Part shown: piece after piece, positions 50,761-61,325 of the stretch | Layout of the letters: each line of letters opens with the position of its first letter | Position numbering within the stretch: the first letter of the stretch is position 1 | Virus record (IMG/VR): IMGVR_UViG_3300029305_005484 | Reading direction: 5' to 3' (one strand) | Origin: a virus | Taxonomy: Duplodnaviria > Caudoviricetes | DNA length: 64,000 bases | Position numbers and translations under genes: made by a program | Notes under the pieces: generated by a model | Database searches by the model: none | Told to the model about the DNA's origin: nothing | Seen by the model: the letters and a program-made list of their open reading frames with translations, nothing else

Positions 50761-52512
50761 TTACGGTGCTACTGGAGCGAATGAAGAATCAACAAAATCA
50801 GCATTGCTGAATGTTACAAAACCTTGGATTCCCTGAACAGCTGCATCTGTGTAACGAGATACACCGAGTAAGTTCGTGTATGAACCACCTGGGTTGTCAG
50901 CAGCACGGTAAGCGCTGTCTTTAGCTGTAAGGATATGTGTATTGTATTTGAAGTGCTTGAATGTCATTTGAGCTGGATTCAAAGCGATCGGTACAATACG
51001 AAGACCTCTGTGAAGATCTTTCTTCTCATCAAATTTAAGTGCAGAAACAACCTGAACTTTTACGTTACCTGTTGTCATAACACCGTATGAGTAGTTATGT
51101 TTGATTCCACCAGTTGTGCTACCTTGGTTAAGTACCCAGTTTACATTCTTTCCAAGTAATGAAACATATTTAGGGTTACCATAGATAACGAATGTCAAAT
51201 CTTCCATCTTAGCAGTATTTGTTAAATCGATGATGAATCTGTCGATTTCCCATTTAAGCTGTTTCTCGATGAATTCGCTTGGTAATGCAACTGTTTGAAT
51301 TGTTGAATCACAGTTGAAATCTTTGTATTTAACAAAGCTGTTCCATTGTAATGGATCCAATTCAAGACCTGAGAAGTGTTCGAATTGTTCATCCAAGAAA
51401 TCGATAACTTTAGAGTCTTCCATCTGTGTCAGATATTCAGACAAGTTGTCGTATGTTTTCTTGTAAAGATCCATGTTAAGAAGAGCCTTATGGTCTTCAA
51501 GCTGCTCGATTGAATAAGGGATGTTCACTCTGTGTCCATCTTCAATCTTCCATTCTTTCTCTTCACGTGTGTAATCGAAAGAAACGGTTCTTTCATTCTT
51601 TTCGTTGCTTAAGTATCCACCAAATACAACTGATTTAATAGCTCCTGAAGCTGATGCTAATGTAACTGTGTTGTTTACGAAGTCAACCATACCTGTAAGT
51701 AAGTCAACAACTTCAACTTCACTTCCATCAGCAGTTTTAACAGTTGTGTTGATGTTTCCACCCATCCATTGACCTGTATGAAGGTTAACGAACATATTCA
51801 ACGGAATTTCAACATCGTCTGTTGTAACAGCTTTAACAACTTCTAATTTGTAAGATAATTTTTCTCTTTCAGCAACAACTGCATCTGTTAATTCACCGAT
51901 AATATCGAAATTGAATACTGGCAGTTCAACTGGAGTATCTTTAATTGGCAATCCTTTACCAGCTTCATAGATGTCTTTGTATTCATCATTGTAGAAGCAT
52001 TGTGGATATCTCCAACGATTCTTTGTCTGGTTGTCAACTAACCAAACTTGTTCCATTTGTTTCTTGATAACTGGAGACTTTGTAACTTCTGTTTGAAGAA
52101 TGTCTTTTGTTGCCAATGACAAATGTTGTTTAACAAGTACTGGATAATCGATAGCTTTGATAGGCATCAATTGTCCAACAGTTGTAGACTCGCGAACGAA
52201 GTCTGTTGTACAGTTATCCCAAAGTTGAGATACTTGGTTGTACATATTTGAGTATGAACCCCATCTGTCAACATCCATTCTCTGTGTAGCTTCATCTTGG
52301 ATTGAAGATAATGCTGACTCTTTGAATGCTGCCATAATTTCAGGGTTTTTGATCATTTGATGAATATCTAAGAAATAATTTAAATTCTTAGAGCTAAGTT
52401 CTTCAACTGCACTTTCGAATGCAGCGTCAAATCCGTTTTCATTATTCGCAAGACCGAAACTACCAATAGTTTCTGATCCAGCAGATTCAAGAAATGCTAA
52501 ATTGTTTGACAT
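50761..52512 (-). CDS. probable major capsid protein precursor
   Basis: 583 aa, visibly strong high-expression codon bias (TTC/AAC/ATC/TAC), own late promoter (52640-52651), AGGAGG RBS and terminator, N-terminal xES motifs. Confidence 0.7.
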   Translation of the reverse strand: MSNNLAFLESAGSETIGSFGLANNENGFDAAFESAVEELSSKNLNYFLDIHQMIKNPEIMAAFKESALSSIQDEATQRMDVDRWGSYSNMYNQVSQLWDNCTTDFVRESTTVGQLMPIKAIDYPVLVKQHLSLATKDILQTEVTKSPVIKKQMEQVWLVDNQTKNRWRYPQCFYNDEYKDIYEAGKGLPIKDTPVELPVFNFDIIGELTDAVVAEREKLSYKLEVVKAVTTDDVEIPLNMFVNLHTGQWMGGNINTTVKTADGSEVEVVDLLTGMVDFVNNTVTLASASGAIKSVVFGGYLSNEKNERTVSFDYTREEKEWKIEDGHRVNIPYSIEQLEDHKALLNMDLYKKTYDNLSEYLTQMEDSKVIDFLDEQFEHFSGLELDPLQWNSFVKYKDFNCDSTIQTVALPSEFIEKQLKWEIDRFIIDLTNTAKMEDLTFVIYGNPKYVSLLGKNVNWVLNQGSTTGGIKHNYSYGVMTTGNVKVQVVSALKFDEKKDLHRGLRIVPIALNPAQMTFKHFKYNTHILTAKDSAYRAADNPGGSYTNLLGVSRYTDAAVQGIQGFVTFSNADFVDSSFAPVAP

Positions 52513-52649
52513 TTTCTTGTCTCCTCCTTTAAATTATTAATTTTACAATTTTTAATTGTAATTGTTTTACATTGTTAAAACTTAACTGTATTAATTTGAA
52601 TTTTAATACTAGGCAATTAGTATTAAAAATAATACAATTTAAATTATTG

Positions 52650-53621
52650 TTATTTATCAGCATTTTTATTTTTATTTGAACTTATTAATTCAAAAATTAA
52701 TAAGCAACTTGCTTTTATCTTTTCAAAAAAGAATGAGTTCTGTAAATAACTATCCGTTTGATACTTTAGTAACATATAGTCACGTGTTAAATCTTCTAAT
52801 GATTTAAACTTATCTAATGAAACCTTAGCTATATATTCAAATCGTTCATCATCACTAACACCATTTTCAAGTTTATCAATAAAATACTGAATTGTTTTAT
52901 ATAGTTGCATGAATCGTTTATATAATTCATGTTTTCTAATATCATCTTTTGTGAATTGCTGTTCTGGTGCAGCATTAGGATCTTGACCATCTACTGGTGT
53001 TTGAGTTGGGTCTGAACCATCTTCTGGTACAGAATCAAGTTCAACATCACCACCTAAATCACCCTCTGCTTCAGGATCAGAACCTTCACCAGTTGTTGTG
53101 TCAATTACTTCATTACCTTCTGGTACAGGTTCTTCACTCGGGATTTCTCCATCAACAGGTTCTGTTACTTCTTCACCAGTTGTTTCAGCTTGATCCTGTG
53201 GGTCTTCTACTTGTGTTCCAGTTTCTACTGGTTCTTCAGTTGGAACTTCATCTTTTGTTGGTTCCGTTACTTCTTCACCAGTTTCTTGTGGTTCAACATT
53301 ACCTATCAAATCTTCACCTAATGCAGGTTCATTTTCAATATCATCATCTGTAATATCATCTGGTATATCATCAGAACCCATACTCTGCAATTCTTCATCT
53401 AGTGCTGATAAATCATCTAAACCAATATCATCATAATCTGAAAAATCATCAGATTCATCATCAATATCGATTTGTTCATTATCTATAAGTAATTCATCAT
53501 AGTAATCCTTTTTAATAGGGCTTACTGAAATTACTCTTGGTTTTCTTTTCTTTTTAGGAGCCTCTGTGAAAAGTCCTAGGGATTCAAACAGAGGTATATC
53601 TCGAGTATGTTTTATAACCAC
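52650..53621 (-). CDS. acidic scaffold/prohead core-like protein
   Basis: D/E/P-rich centre, directly upstream of the capsid gene. Confidence 0.5.
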   Translation of the reverse strand: MVIKHTRDIPLFESLGLFTEAPKKKRKPRVISVSPIKKDYYDELLIDNEQIDIDDESDDFSDYDDIGLDDLSALDEELQSMGSDDIPDDITDDDIENEPALGEDLIGNVEPQETGEEVTEPTKDEVPTEEPVETGTQVEDPQDQAETTGEEVTEPVDGEIPSEEPVPEGNEVIDTTTGEGSDPEAEGDLGGDVELDSVPEDGSDPTQTPVDGQDPNAAPEQQFTKDDIRKHELYKRFMQLYKTIQYFIDKLENGVSDDERFEYIAKVSLDKFKSLEDLTRDYMLLKYQTDSYLQNSFFFEKIKASCLLIFELISSNKNKNADK

Positions 53622-53633
53622 TTTAAATACCTC

Positions 53634-55586
53634 CTAAATATATTTAGAATTTGTAACAACACGTTCTTTTTGTCTAACTAATGCTTCACGAATTCTAATA
53701 AGTTGATATCTTTGTTTCTGATCACCTGCAGCCATAGCATCTTCAATTTTAGCTTCACAAACTTTAATTTCAGCATCAAGTTCATAAGCAAATTCATTAC
53801 GAATTCGTTTATTTTTCTCTTTTGAAAGTTTATTAGCAAACCAAACTACAGGAACTAATGCTAATTTAATATGACCTGCTAAACCATAAGTTATCAAAAT
53901 TCTAATATTCTTAAATACTTTCTTTCTATAACCTGGTTTAAGCATATATTCCTTTCTTCTATTATCATCCATTCTGTCAAAATCAGAAATCATTTTTTGA
54001 ATTCCTTCTAGTAATCCTTTAGGAATTTTCAGTACTGCTTTACCTGCATTCTTAATAGCAGTTCCAACCTTTCTAAGTTTAGAAGATTTTTCTCTACTAT
54101 TTTTATGAGCATCTAATGCTTTATTTTGAATTTTTGTAAGAGCACCACTTTTTGGTTTTTCTGGTTTTTTATTGCTAGAATTTGGATTAGCAGAATCAGG
54201 TAAGTCTTTACTACCTAGCTTAGTTGACTCAGGAAGTTCACTATCTTCCTCCTCATCAAGTTCTTCAATGTCATCGTCATCAAGATCTTCAATTTCATCA
54301 TCCTTAGTAGAAGAAACTTTCTTAAAAGTTTCAAATTTCTTTTTCTTCTTAGGAGTTTCAATTTCACGATACATGACGTTATTACGTTGAATTACTTCGT
54401 TTGCAGTCCCATCTCCTGCTTCCTTAAAAAAAGAATAACCATTAGCCTCAACTTCTGATGTAGCCTCATTCATTAATTTGAATGCATCACCTACAGTGAT
54501 ATCACCTTCATATCCCATTGATTCTTTTATCAATGTGAATAATTCAGTTTCAGGAATAATATCAGTTTCTTCCATAAGAACATAGTAGTTTTGAACAGTA
54601 GAACGTACTGATTCATAAACTTCACGTTTTAATGAAAGCATTCCACTTTTTGTTAAAGATCTTTCTTCTTTATATAATTCATCATAAACAGATTCAGTCA
54701 TAATAGCATTAACTGCAGACTTTGTATCGGTATATAATGGATTTACAGTATCTTCAACTGCTTCTGAAAAAGCAGAAATAACTTCACCTGCAATATCAGT
54801 TTTCATAAAACCATTCATAATAGTTTTAAGATTCATATTTGTAAATTGATTTACTGATTCCATGAATCTATCTGATTTTGCTAATGTTTGAAACATCTCA
54901 CTTACAACGAGATTATTTGTCTTTGCTTCAAATCCGTTAGTGCTTTCTAATAATGAAGAAACTGCTTCACATAACTCAGATTCAATACAAAGTTCTTTAG
55001 CATATGGAGTTGTTGCTAAAATAGTATTGATAGCTGGTGTAGTTTTGATAGCATCAGAGAAGTTAATTTTTGAACATGGTGGATTAATACCGTCGAAAAA
55101 TTTAACTGTATCTACATCATTATTTGCAATACGTTTCTTACAAAGTTCTGAATAAATCATATCATATAATTCATCTTTATTATCACCGACAAATTTATTC
55201 ATTTCAACTGCAGCTTCAGGATATCTACACTTGATCATTCCATCAAGTTTATCCATTGCTTCAGAATACTGATTGGCTAATTCAGATGTCATTCTTGAAC
55301 CATTTTCAGCAAAGTATTCTTTAATAGCTTCATATACAGAAACTAATTGCTGATGATGTACAGGGAATGACGTCATAGTCCACATAACAAAAGGAAGTCC
55401 GAATTGTGGTTCCGGAATAATACATCTTACACCTTTTATTATAAATGAAAGTGGAAATCCTACATAGCCCTTTCGAAAGTCTCTTGCCAATTCATCGGAA
55501 TAATTAGCTTTTAAGATTTCATACCCATGGTTAAGTTTTTTAATATCTGTACCATAAAGTATTTTCTCTGTATCTAAAATCGGCAT
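53634..55586 (-). CDS. putative internal head protein
   Basis: 650 aa, late promoter at 55617-55628, many xES/xEA motifs. Confidence 0.55.
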   Translation of the reverse strand: MPILDTEKILYGTDIKKLNHGYEILKANYSDELARDFRKGYVGFPLSFIIKGVRCIIPEPQFGLPFVMWTMTSFPVHHQQLVSVYEAIKEYFAENGSRMTSELANQYSEAMDKLDGMIKCRYPEAAVEMNKFVGDNKDELYDMIYSELCKKRIANNDVDTVKFFDGINPPCSKINFSDAIKTTPAINTILATTPYAKELCIESELCEAVSSLLESTNGFEAKTNNLVVSEMFQTLAKSDRFMESVNQFTNMNLKTIMNGFMKTDIAGEVISAFSEAVEDTVNPLYTDTKSAVNAIMTESVYDELYKEERSLTKSGMLSLKREVYESVRSTVQNYYVLMEETDIIPETELFTLIKESMGYEGDITVGDAFKLMNEATSEVEANGYSFFKEAGDGTANEVIQRNNVMYREIETPKKKKKFETFKKVSSTKDDEIEDLDDDDIEELDEEEDSELPESTKLGSKDLPDSANPNSSNKKPEKPKSGALTKIQNKALDAHKNSREKSSKLRKVGTAIKNAGKAVLKIPKGLLEGIQKMISDFDRMDDNRRKEYMLKPGYRKKVFKNIRILITYGLAGHIKLALVPVVWFANKLSKEKNKRIRNEFAYELDAEIKVCEAKIEDAMAAGDQKQRYQLIRIREALVRQKERVVTNSKYI

Positions 55587-55733
55587 AAAAATACCTTCCT
55601 TTCATTTATTTTTCGTTACATATTTGTTGATTTTAACAATTTCTAATGAGGTTGAATTATCCCATATATTGAAAACATTGAAATAACGTAATTTATAAAA
55701 AAATTAAAATGAAAGGATAGGTATATTAAAATT

Positions 55734-58700
55734 ATGAGTGCTGTAACAACAAGTGCTGATGTTGCTGTTCTTTTATCGCAAAAGACATCAACAGGTGGAA
55801 CTATATATTTATATCCTATTGTACGAGACATTGATATTTTGCTTAGTGACGATAATTTAGGTGTAGATAACTTACAAGAGTTACTTGAAAAAGGTGTCAA
55901 ACCTAATTTTGCAACGATTCAAGCAATGTTCATTAATGGTGACGATATCGAATTCTCATATAATGAAGAAAATGGTACTGTGCAAGCAACGCACAAGAAT
56001 ATAATTTCTGCTGGAACTGTTAAAGGAACAGAAGGCTCTGTTTCACATAATAGTGAAATTGAAATTCCAACGTTCAATGTTGATAAGCATGGACATATTA
56101 CATCTACAGGTACATCGAAAATTACGTTACCTGCAGAATATGTACTTCCTAAAGCAACAACTACATCATTAGGTGGAGTTATTGCAGGAACATACATTAA
56201 TATCGATAATGCTACTGGAACTATTTCGGTACAAGAAGCATCCACAACACAAAAAGGTGTTGTAAGTTTGAGTCATGCGACAGACTCTACTTCTACAACA
56301 GAAGCTGCTACACCTAAAGCTGTTAAAGATGCTTTAGATTTAGCGTTAGAAGAACTTAATGATGCTATTACTGAATTAGAAACGAACGGTGTTAAACCTG
56401 ATTTCACAAGTCTTTCAGCATATTTCTCGAGTTCTAGTGATATTACCATTACTATAGGTAATAATAAGATCTCTATGACTCATGCAAATAATGTAACGGA
56501 AGGGTCTACAAAAGCTAATGAAAATAAAACATTAACTTTTGGCGGTGACTTTTATATTCCAGAATTGACATATGATTCTCATGGACATCTTACAGAAGTT
56601 ACATTTAAGACATTGAAATTACCTGCAAATCCGGATACTAATACAGAATATGAATTAGAAGTTACGGATGGAACTGAACAAACAACAACAGGTAATTCAT
56701 ATAACACAGTAGCAAAAACATCAACTATCAAACTTACAGATAGTGATGGAAATCCTGTTTCAGGAAATATTACAACGAAATATCTTGTATATAAAGATTT
56801 CTCAGGTGCTTATGCAGGACTTGTTCCTGTTGCTGGTTCAGCAAATGCTGCAAAATATCTCCGTGGTGATGGAACATGGGGAACACCAGATAATGATAAT
56901 ACAACATACACTGCTGATGATGGTATTACATTAGATGGTACAGTATTTAAGCATGTTAATTCTATTACTGGTGGTTCATTCACTCCTGGTAGTGCTTCAG
57001 TATTAGACTTTGGTGATGTTATCAAAGTACCTATGTTTACATATGATAATCAAGGTCACTTATCATCAGTATCATCAGTTGAATTTACACTTCCAAGTAA
57101 TCCTAATATTACTTACGCTTTATCAAAAGAAGGCAATAATATTATTCTTACGGATTCATTAGGTAATAAGACAAGTGTAGTTGATTCTGATACTAATACT
57201 ACTTATACATTAGCTAGTTTTGGAATTACAGTAACTGCTGATGAAATCAATATGCTTTCAGGTGTTACATCTAATATTCAAGATCAGTTAGATGGAAAAT
57301 CTCCAAGTGGACATACCCACAATTATGCTGGTTCATCTTCAGCAGGTGGAGCAGCAACAAATGCAATTAGTGATTCAAAAAATCAAAATATTGCATCTAC
57401 TTATGTTAAAAGCGTAACTGTTAGTGGTACAACGTTAACTATCACATATGGTGATGGAACCACAAAGACTATTAACACTCAGGATACAAATACAACTTAC
57501 AACCCTATGGTTGGAGCATCTGCTAGTGCTAATGGATCTCAAGGTTTAGTTCCTGCACCAACAGCTGGAAAACAAGGATATTTCCTTAGAGGTGATGGAA
57601 CATGGGCTGTACCTACAGATACAAATGTCACATACACTTTAACTAAATCTGGTAATAATATTACACTTACTGGATCAGATGGAAGTACAAATACAGTTGA
57701 AGATTCTAATACTACTTATACATTATCTAGTTTTGGAATTACTGTAACTGCAGCTGAACTTAATTATGTTGATGGTGTTACATCTAATATTCAGACTCAA
57801 TTGAATAATAAAGCTGCAAGCAGTCATACACATGGTAATGCTGATATTACATCAATCGATGCAAGTAAAGTTAATACTGGTACATTACCTATTTCGGTAA
57901 TACCTAAAGCTGCACTTGAAAGATTGGTTAGTGTAACCAATGATACTGCTAGATATGCTTTAACAACTGAAGATGTTCAGTTAGGTGATACTGTAAAGGT
58001 TGTATCTTCTGGAGCATTATACTTAGTTAAAGATACAAGTAATCTTGGAAATGAAAATGGTTATGAGCCATATTCAACAGGATTAGCAGCATCAGTTCCT
58101 TGGACTGGTGTAACTGGTACTCCAAACACATTAGCAGGTTATGGAATTACAGATGCTGCAACAAGTGGACATACACACAATTATGCTGGTTCATCTTCAG
58201 CAGGTGGGGCAGCAACAAATGCAATTAGTGACTCTAAGAGTCAAAATATTGCATCTACCTACATTAAGAGTATTACATCAAGTGGTACAACGTTAACTAT
58301 CACATATGGTGATGGTACAACAAAATCAATTACCACTCAAGATACAAACACAACGTATTCTGTTATGTCTGGTGCATCTTCAAGCTCAGCAGGATCTCAA
58401 GGTTTAGTTCCTGCACCAACAGCTGGAAAACAAGGATATTTCCTTAGAGGTGATGGAACATGGGCTGTACCTACAGATACGAATACAAAATATAAATTGA
58501 CAAAATCTAATGGTAAGATTGTATTAACATCAACAGATGGAGTAGAATCATATGAAGTTGAAGATTCTAATACTACTTATACATTAGCTAGTTTTGGAAT
58601 TAATGTAACTGCAGCTGAAATTAACTATCTCGATGGTGTTACATCTAATATTCAAGATCAATTAGATGATAAAGCTGCAAGTGGACATACACACAATTAT

Positions 58701-59759
58701 GCTGGTTCATCTTCAGCAGGTGGATCTGCAACAAATGCAATTAGTGATTCAAAAAATCAAAATATTGCATCTACCTACATTAAGAGTATTACATCAAGTG
58801 GTACAACGTTAACTATCACATATGGTGATGAAACAACAAAGACTATTACAACTCAAGATACAAACACGACATATTCTGTTATGTCTGGAGCATCTGCTAG
58901 TGCTAATGGATCTCAAGGTTTAGTTCCTGCACCAACAGCTGGAAAACAAGGATATTTCCTTAGAGGTGATGGAACATGGGCTGTACCTACAAATACAAAT
59001 ACAACTTACACATTAAGTAAGTCTGGAAGCACAGTTACACTTACTGGATCAGATGGAAGTACATCAACATTTGAAGATGCTAATACTACCTACACGTTAG
59101 ATAGCTTTGGAATTACTGTAACTGCAGCTGAACTTAATTATGTTGATGGTGTTACATCTAATATTCAGACTCAATTGAATAACAAGGCTGCAAGTAATCA
59201 TACACATAAATATGTATCTGGACTTAGTGTATCTGGAACAACTGTTACTATCACATATGGTGATGGAACGACTGGAACAATCACAACTCAAGATACAAAT
59301 AATACTTACACATTAGCTAGTTTTGGAATAGATGTAAGTTCAGATGAAATTAACTATCTCGATGGTGTTACATCTAATATTCAGACTCAGTTAAATAATA
59401 AAGCTGCAAGTAATCACACCCACAAATATGTATCTGGACTTAGTGTATCTGGAACAACTGTTACTATCACATATGGTGATGGAACGACTGGAACAATCAC
59501 AACTCAAGATACAAATAATACTTACACATTAGCTAGTTTTGGAATAGATGTAAGTTCAGATGAAATTAACTATCTCGATGGTGTTACATCTAATATCCAA
59601 ACTCAATTGAATAATAAGGCTGCAAGTAATCATACTCATACACAATCAGAAATCGCTAAATTAGGTTTTGATATTGCATCTGTTATTAGTGCTACACAAC
59701 CATCAAATCCTTCTACAGGATATGTAATGTGGTATAATGTATTATCAACTGAAGCATAA
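55734..59759 (+). CDS. long tail fibre protein
   Basis: ATTTSLGGV and ASTTQKGVV..AATPKAVK fibre repeats, GLVPAP..FLRGDGTW repeats, HTH (HxH) motifs; late promoter at 55674-55685. Confidence 0.9.
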   Translation: MSAVTTSADVAVLLSQKTSTGGTIYLYPIVRDIDILLSDDNLGVDNLQELLEKGVKPNFATIQAMFINGDDIEFSYNEENGTVQATHKNIISAGTVKGTEGSVSHNSEIEIPTFNVDKHGHITSTGTSKITLPAEYVLPKATTTSLGGVIAGTYINIDNATGTISVQEASTTQKGVVSLSHATDSTSTTEAATPKAVKDALDLALEELNDAITELETNGVKPDFTSLSAYFSSSSDITITIGNNKISMTHANNVTEGSTKANENKTLTFGGDFYIPELTYDSHGHLTEVTFKTLKLPANPDTNTEYELEVTDGTEQTTTGNSYNTVAKTSTIKLTDSDGNPVSGNITTKYLVYKDFSGAYAGLVPVAGSANAAKYLRGDGTWGTPDNDNTTYTADDGITLDGTVFKHVNSITGGSFTPGSASVLDFGDVIKVPMFTYDNQGHLSSVSSVEFTLPSNPNITYALSKEGNNIILTDSLGNKTSVVDSDTNTTYTLASFGITVTADEINMLSGVTSNIQDQLDGKSPSGHTHNYAGSSSAGGAATNAISDSKNQNIASTYVKSVTVSGTTLTITYGDGTTKTINTQDTNTTYNPMVGASASANGSQGLVPAPTAGKQGYFLRGDGTWAVPTDTNVTYTLTKSGNNITLTGSDGSTNTVEDSNTTYTLSSFGITVTAAELNYVDGVTSNIQTQLNNKAASSHTHGNADITSIDASKVNTGTLPISVIPKAALERLVSVTNDTARYALTTEDVQLGDTVKVVSSGALYLVKDTSNLGNENGYEPYSTGLAASVPWTGVTGTPNTLAGYGITDAATSGHTHNYAGSSSAGGAATNAISDSKSQNIASTYIKSITSSGTTLTITYGDGTTKSITTQDTNTTYSVMSGASSSSAGSQGLVPAPTAGKQGYFLRGDGTWAVPTDTNTKYKLTKSNGKIVLTSTDGVESYEVEDSNTTYTLASFGINVTAAEINYLDGVTSNIQDQLDDKAASGHTHNYAGSSSAGGSATNAISDSKNQNIASTYIKSITSSGTTLTITYGDETTKTITTQDTNTTYSVMSGASASANGSQGLVPAPTAGKQGYFLRGDGTWAVPTNTNTTYTLSKSGSTVTLTGSDGSTSTFEDANTTYTLDSFGITVTAAELNYVDGVTSNIQTQLNNKAASNHTHKYVSGLSVSGTTVTITYGDGTTGTITTQDTNNTYTLASFGIDVSSDEINYLDGVTSNIQTQLNNKAASNHTHKYVSGLSVSGTTVTITYGDGTTGTITTQDTNNTYTLASFGIDVSSDEINYLDGVTSNIQTQLNNKAASNHTHTQSEIAKLGFDIASVISATQPSNPSTGYVMWYNVLSTEA
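57190..59200 (+). repeat. three near-identical internal fibre modules
   Basis: Blocks GHTHNYAGSSSAGG..QDTNTTY..GLVPAPTAGKQGYFLRGDGTWAVPT starting near 57305, 58165 and 58680. Confidence 0.9.
59208..59639 (+). repeat. 216-bp tandem duplication in the fibre gene
   Basis: AAATATGTATCTGGACTTAG at 59208 and 59424; two copies of a 72-aa unit. Confidence 0.92.
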
Positions 59760-59817
59760 TTACAAAGTAATAAAGAAAAAACAAATTTGTAATTTATGAT
59801 AAGGAGGTTTCGTAATA

Positions 59818-60036
59818 ATGAGTAATGAAAACCAAAGTGTAACAAATGAAGTTGAAACAGAAAATACTGCATCTGTATCTGAACCATATATTATGTATCC
59901 AGAATCAGTTATTGCGAATATTGTAACGCAATTAAATGCAGTAAATGTTACGGGGCTTGATAATATTCTCAAAATCAGTAATGTATATCAAGCATTATCA
60001 ACAGCAGGACAAAAAATTCCTGTAAATGTAAAATAA
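59818..60036 (+). CDS. small protein, possible fibre chaperone
   Basis: 72 aa, AAGGAGG RBS, follows the fibre gene. Confidence 0.6.
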   Translation: MSNENQSVTNEVETENTASVSEPYIMYPESVIANIVTQLNAVNVTGLDNILKISNVYQALSTAGQKIPVNVK

Positions 60037-60044
60037 TAAAAAAT

Positions 60045-60078
60045 AAAAGAGAATAGCGAAATTCGCTATTCTCTTTTA
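60045..60078. terminator. bidirectional terminator
   Basis: TAAAAGAGAATAGCGAA-A-TTCGCTATTCTCTTTTA. Confidence 0.85.
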
Positions 60079-60080
60079 TA

Positions 60081-61280
60081 TTATTCCCATGAAGGAATAA
60101 AATCAGAAGTTTTTCTTCTTTTTGCTTTTGGTAACTTATTTCCCACAAAGATTAAATCTTCTGGTACTGTAATAAATGATTTGTAATCTACATTTATATC
60201 TGTTTTTAGTGAATTTAAAATTATCTTAGGTAAAGCACTAACAAATCTATCTTTCAAATACATATCAATAGTTGTAGGATAATCTGAGAATTTATGTGTT
60301 ATGAATTGATCTATTAACATTTCAATTTTTTGATTATCAATGCGATTACTTAACATATTAGCTATAGTAGAAGAAATTTTAAACATGTTACGTGTTACTG
60401 TATTAAATTTATAATTAAATTCAGTAAGTGACATGTTACGAGTTTTCTTATCATCAACTAATTCTTTTAAAATATGAAAGTTTTCTTTTAATGAATTAGA
60501 TTCAAATTTGATTTTTCCAAAATATACATCATTCACAACATTCTCCATTTCTTTATGATATATATCAGTTATATATGTCAATAATTCAGACATTAATGAA
60601 TGTATATTAGATACATACTTCATATCATTAAAAGTGAATCTGTTACTACTACAACTAAACATTAAATTTCTACCATGATCTTGGAATTTGTGAACTACCA
60701 TTGGGTCAAAAATTCCAGAGTTCAAAGTAGTAGTTCGTGTTCGTCCAGATAAAATATCAACATGTTGCTCTAATCGTATTAAGAATTTAGGATTAATACT
60801 CTTAGACAACTCTTCAATTATGTTATCTATATATTTGATAACATTTTGATTTGTTAAAGGTGATGTTTTCCAATAATCTATATTATCATCACTATCAACT
60901 GAATAATCAATAGGTATTGAATATAGACATTTTTCTTCACGTCTTTCTTTAAGTTGTTCAAGTACACCAACATTAAGTTCTCCCACATTAACATCATCTA
61001 TATCAATAGTATTAGATTCAAAATCTGACAAACCATCAAATACATTTCCAGCATGTGAGTAAAATGGTAAAAATTTTCTTTTAGGTTGACCGGAACCTAC
61101 TACAAAATTATCATGTCTAAAATGAAATCTATCAGACACACTTTCCAATACATCATACAATGGTTCAGCTTCTGGTTCACCCCATTGTTCACCGTATCTA
61201 CCAATAGCATCATCAAGTTCACTCATTTTAACTGAATAAGCTGAATTTTTAGTACTGAAATTTTTATTCATATTTATCAC
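60081..61280 (-). CDS. hypothetical protein
   Basis: 399-aa ORF; likely ATG start a few codons in, after AGGAGGTG. Confidence 0.75.
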   Translation of the reverse strand: MINMNKNFSTKNSAYSVKMSELDDAIGRYGEQWGEPEAEPLYDVLESVSDRFHFRHDNFVVGSGQPKRKFLPFYSHAGNVFDGLSDFESNTIDIDDVNVGELNVGVLEQLKERREEKCLYSIPIDYSVDSDDNIDYWKTSPLTNQNVIKYIDNIIEELSKSINPKFLIRLEQHVDILSGRTRTTTLNSGIFDPMVVHKFQDHGRNLMFSCSSNRFTFNDMKYVSNIHSLMSELLTYITDIYHKEMENVVNDVYFGKIKFESNSLKENFHILKELVDDKKTRNMSLTEFNYKFNTVTRNMFKISSTIANMLSNRIDNQKIEMLIDQFITHKFSDYPTTIDMYLKDRFVSALPKIILNSLKTDINVDYKSFITVPEDLIFVGNKLPKAKRRKTSDFIPSWE

Positions 61281-61293
61281 CTCCTATTAAATA

Positions 61294-61321
61294 ATAGAGT
61301 AAGACAAATGTCTTACTCTAT
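61294..61321 (-). terminator. intrinsic terminator
   Basis: ATAGAGTAAGACA-AA-TGTCTTACTCTAT. Confidence 0.75.
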
Positions 61322-61325
61322 ATTT

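Noticed and set aside
59176-59196. TAACAAGGCTGCAA in the fibre gene resembles the repeat end TAACAAAACTGCAA (12/14) as a possible acceptor site
   Set aside because: Fibre frame is AAC AAG GCT GCA while cassette frame is CAA AAC TGC AAC, so a simple crossover would be out of frame; probably chance
57190-59639. Fibre repeats as a DGR template/variable pair
   Set aside because: Repeats are in-frame coding modules, differences look mostly synonymous rather than adenine-specific, and no reverse transcriptase is in the window
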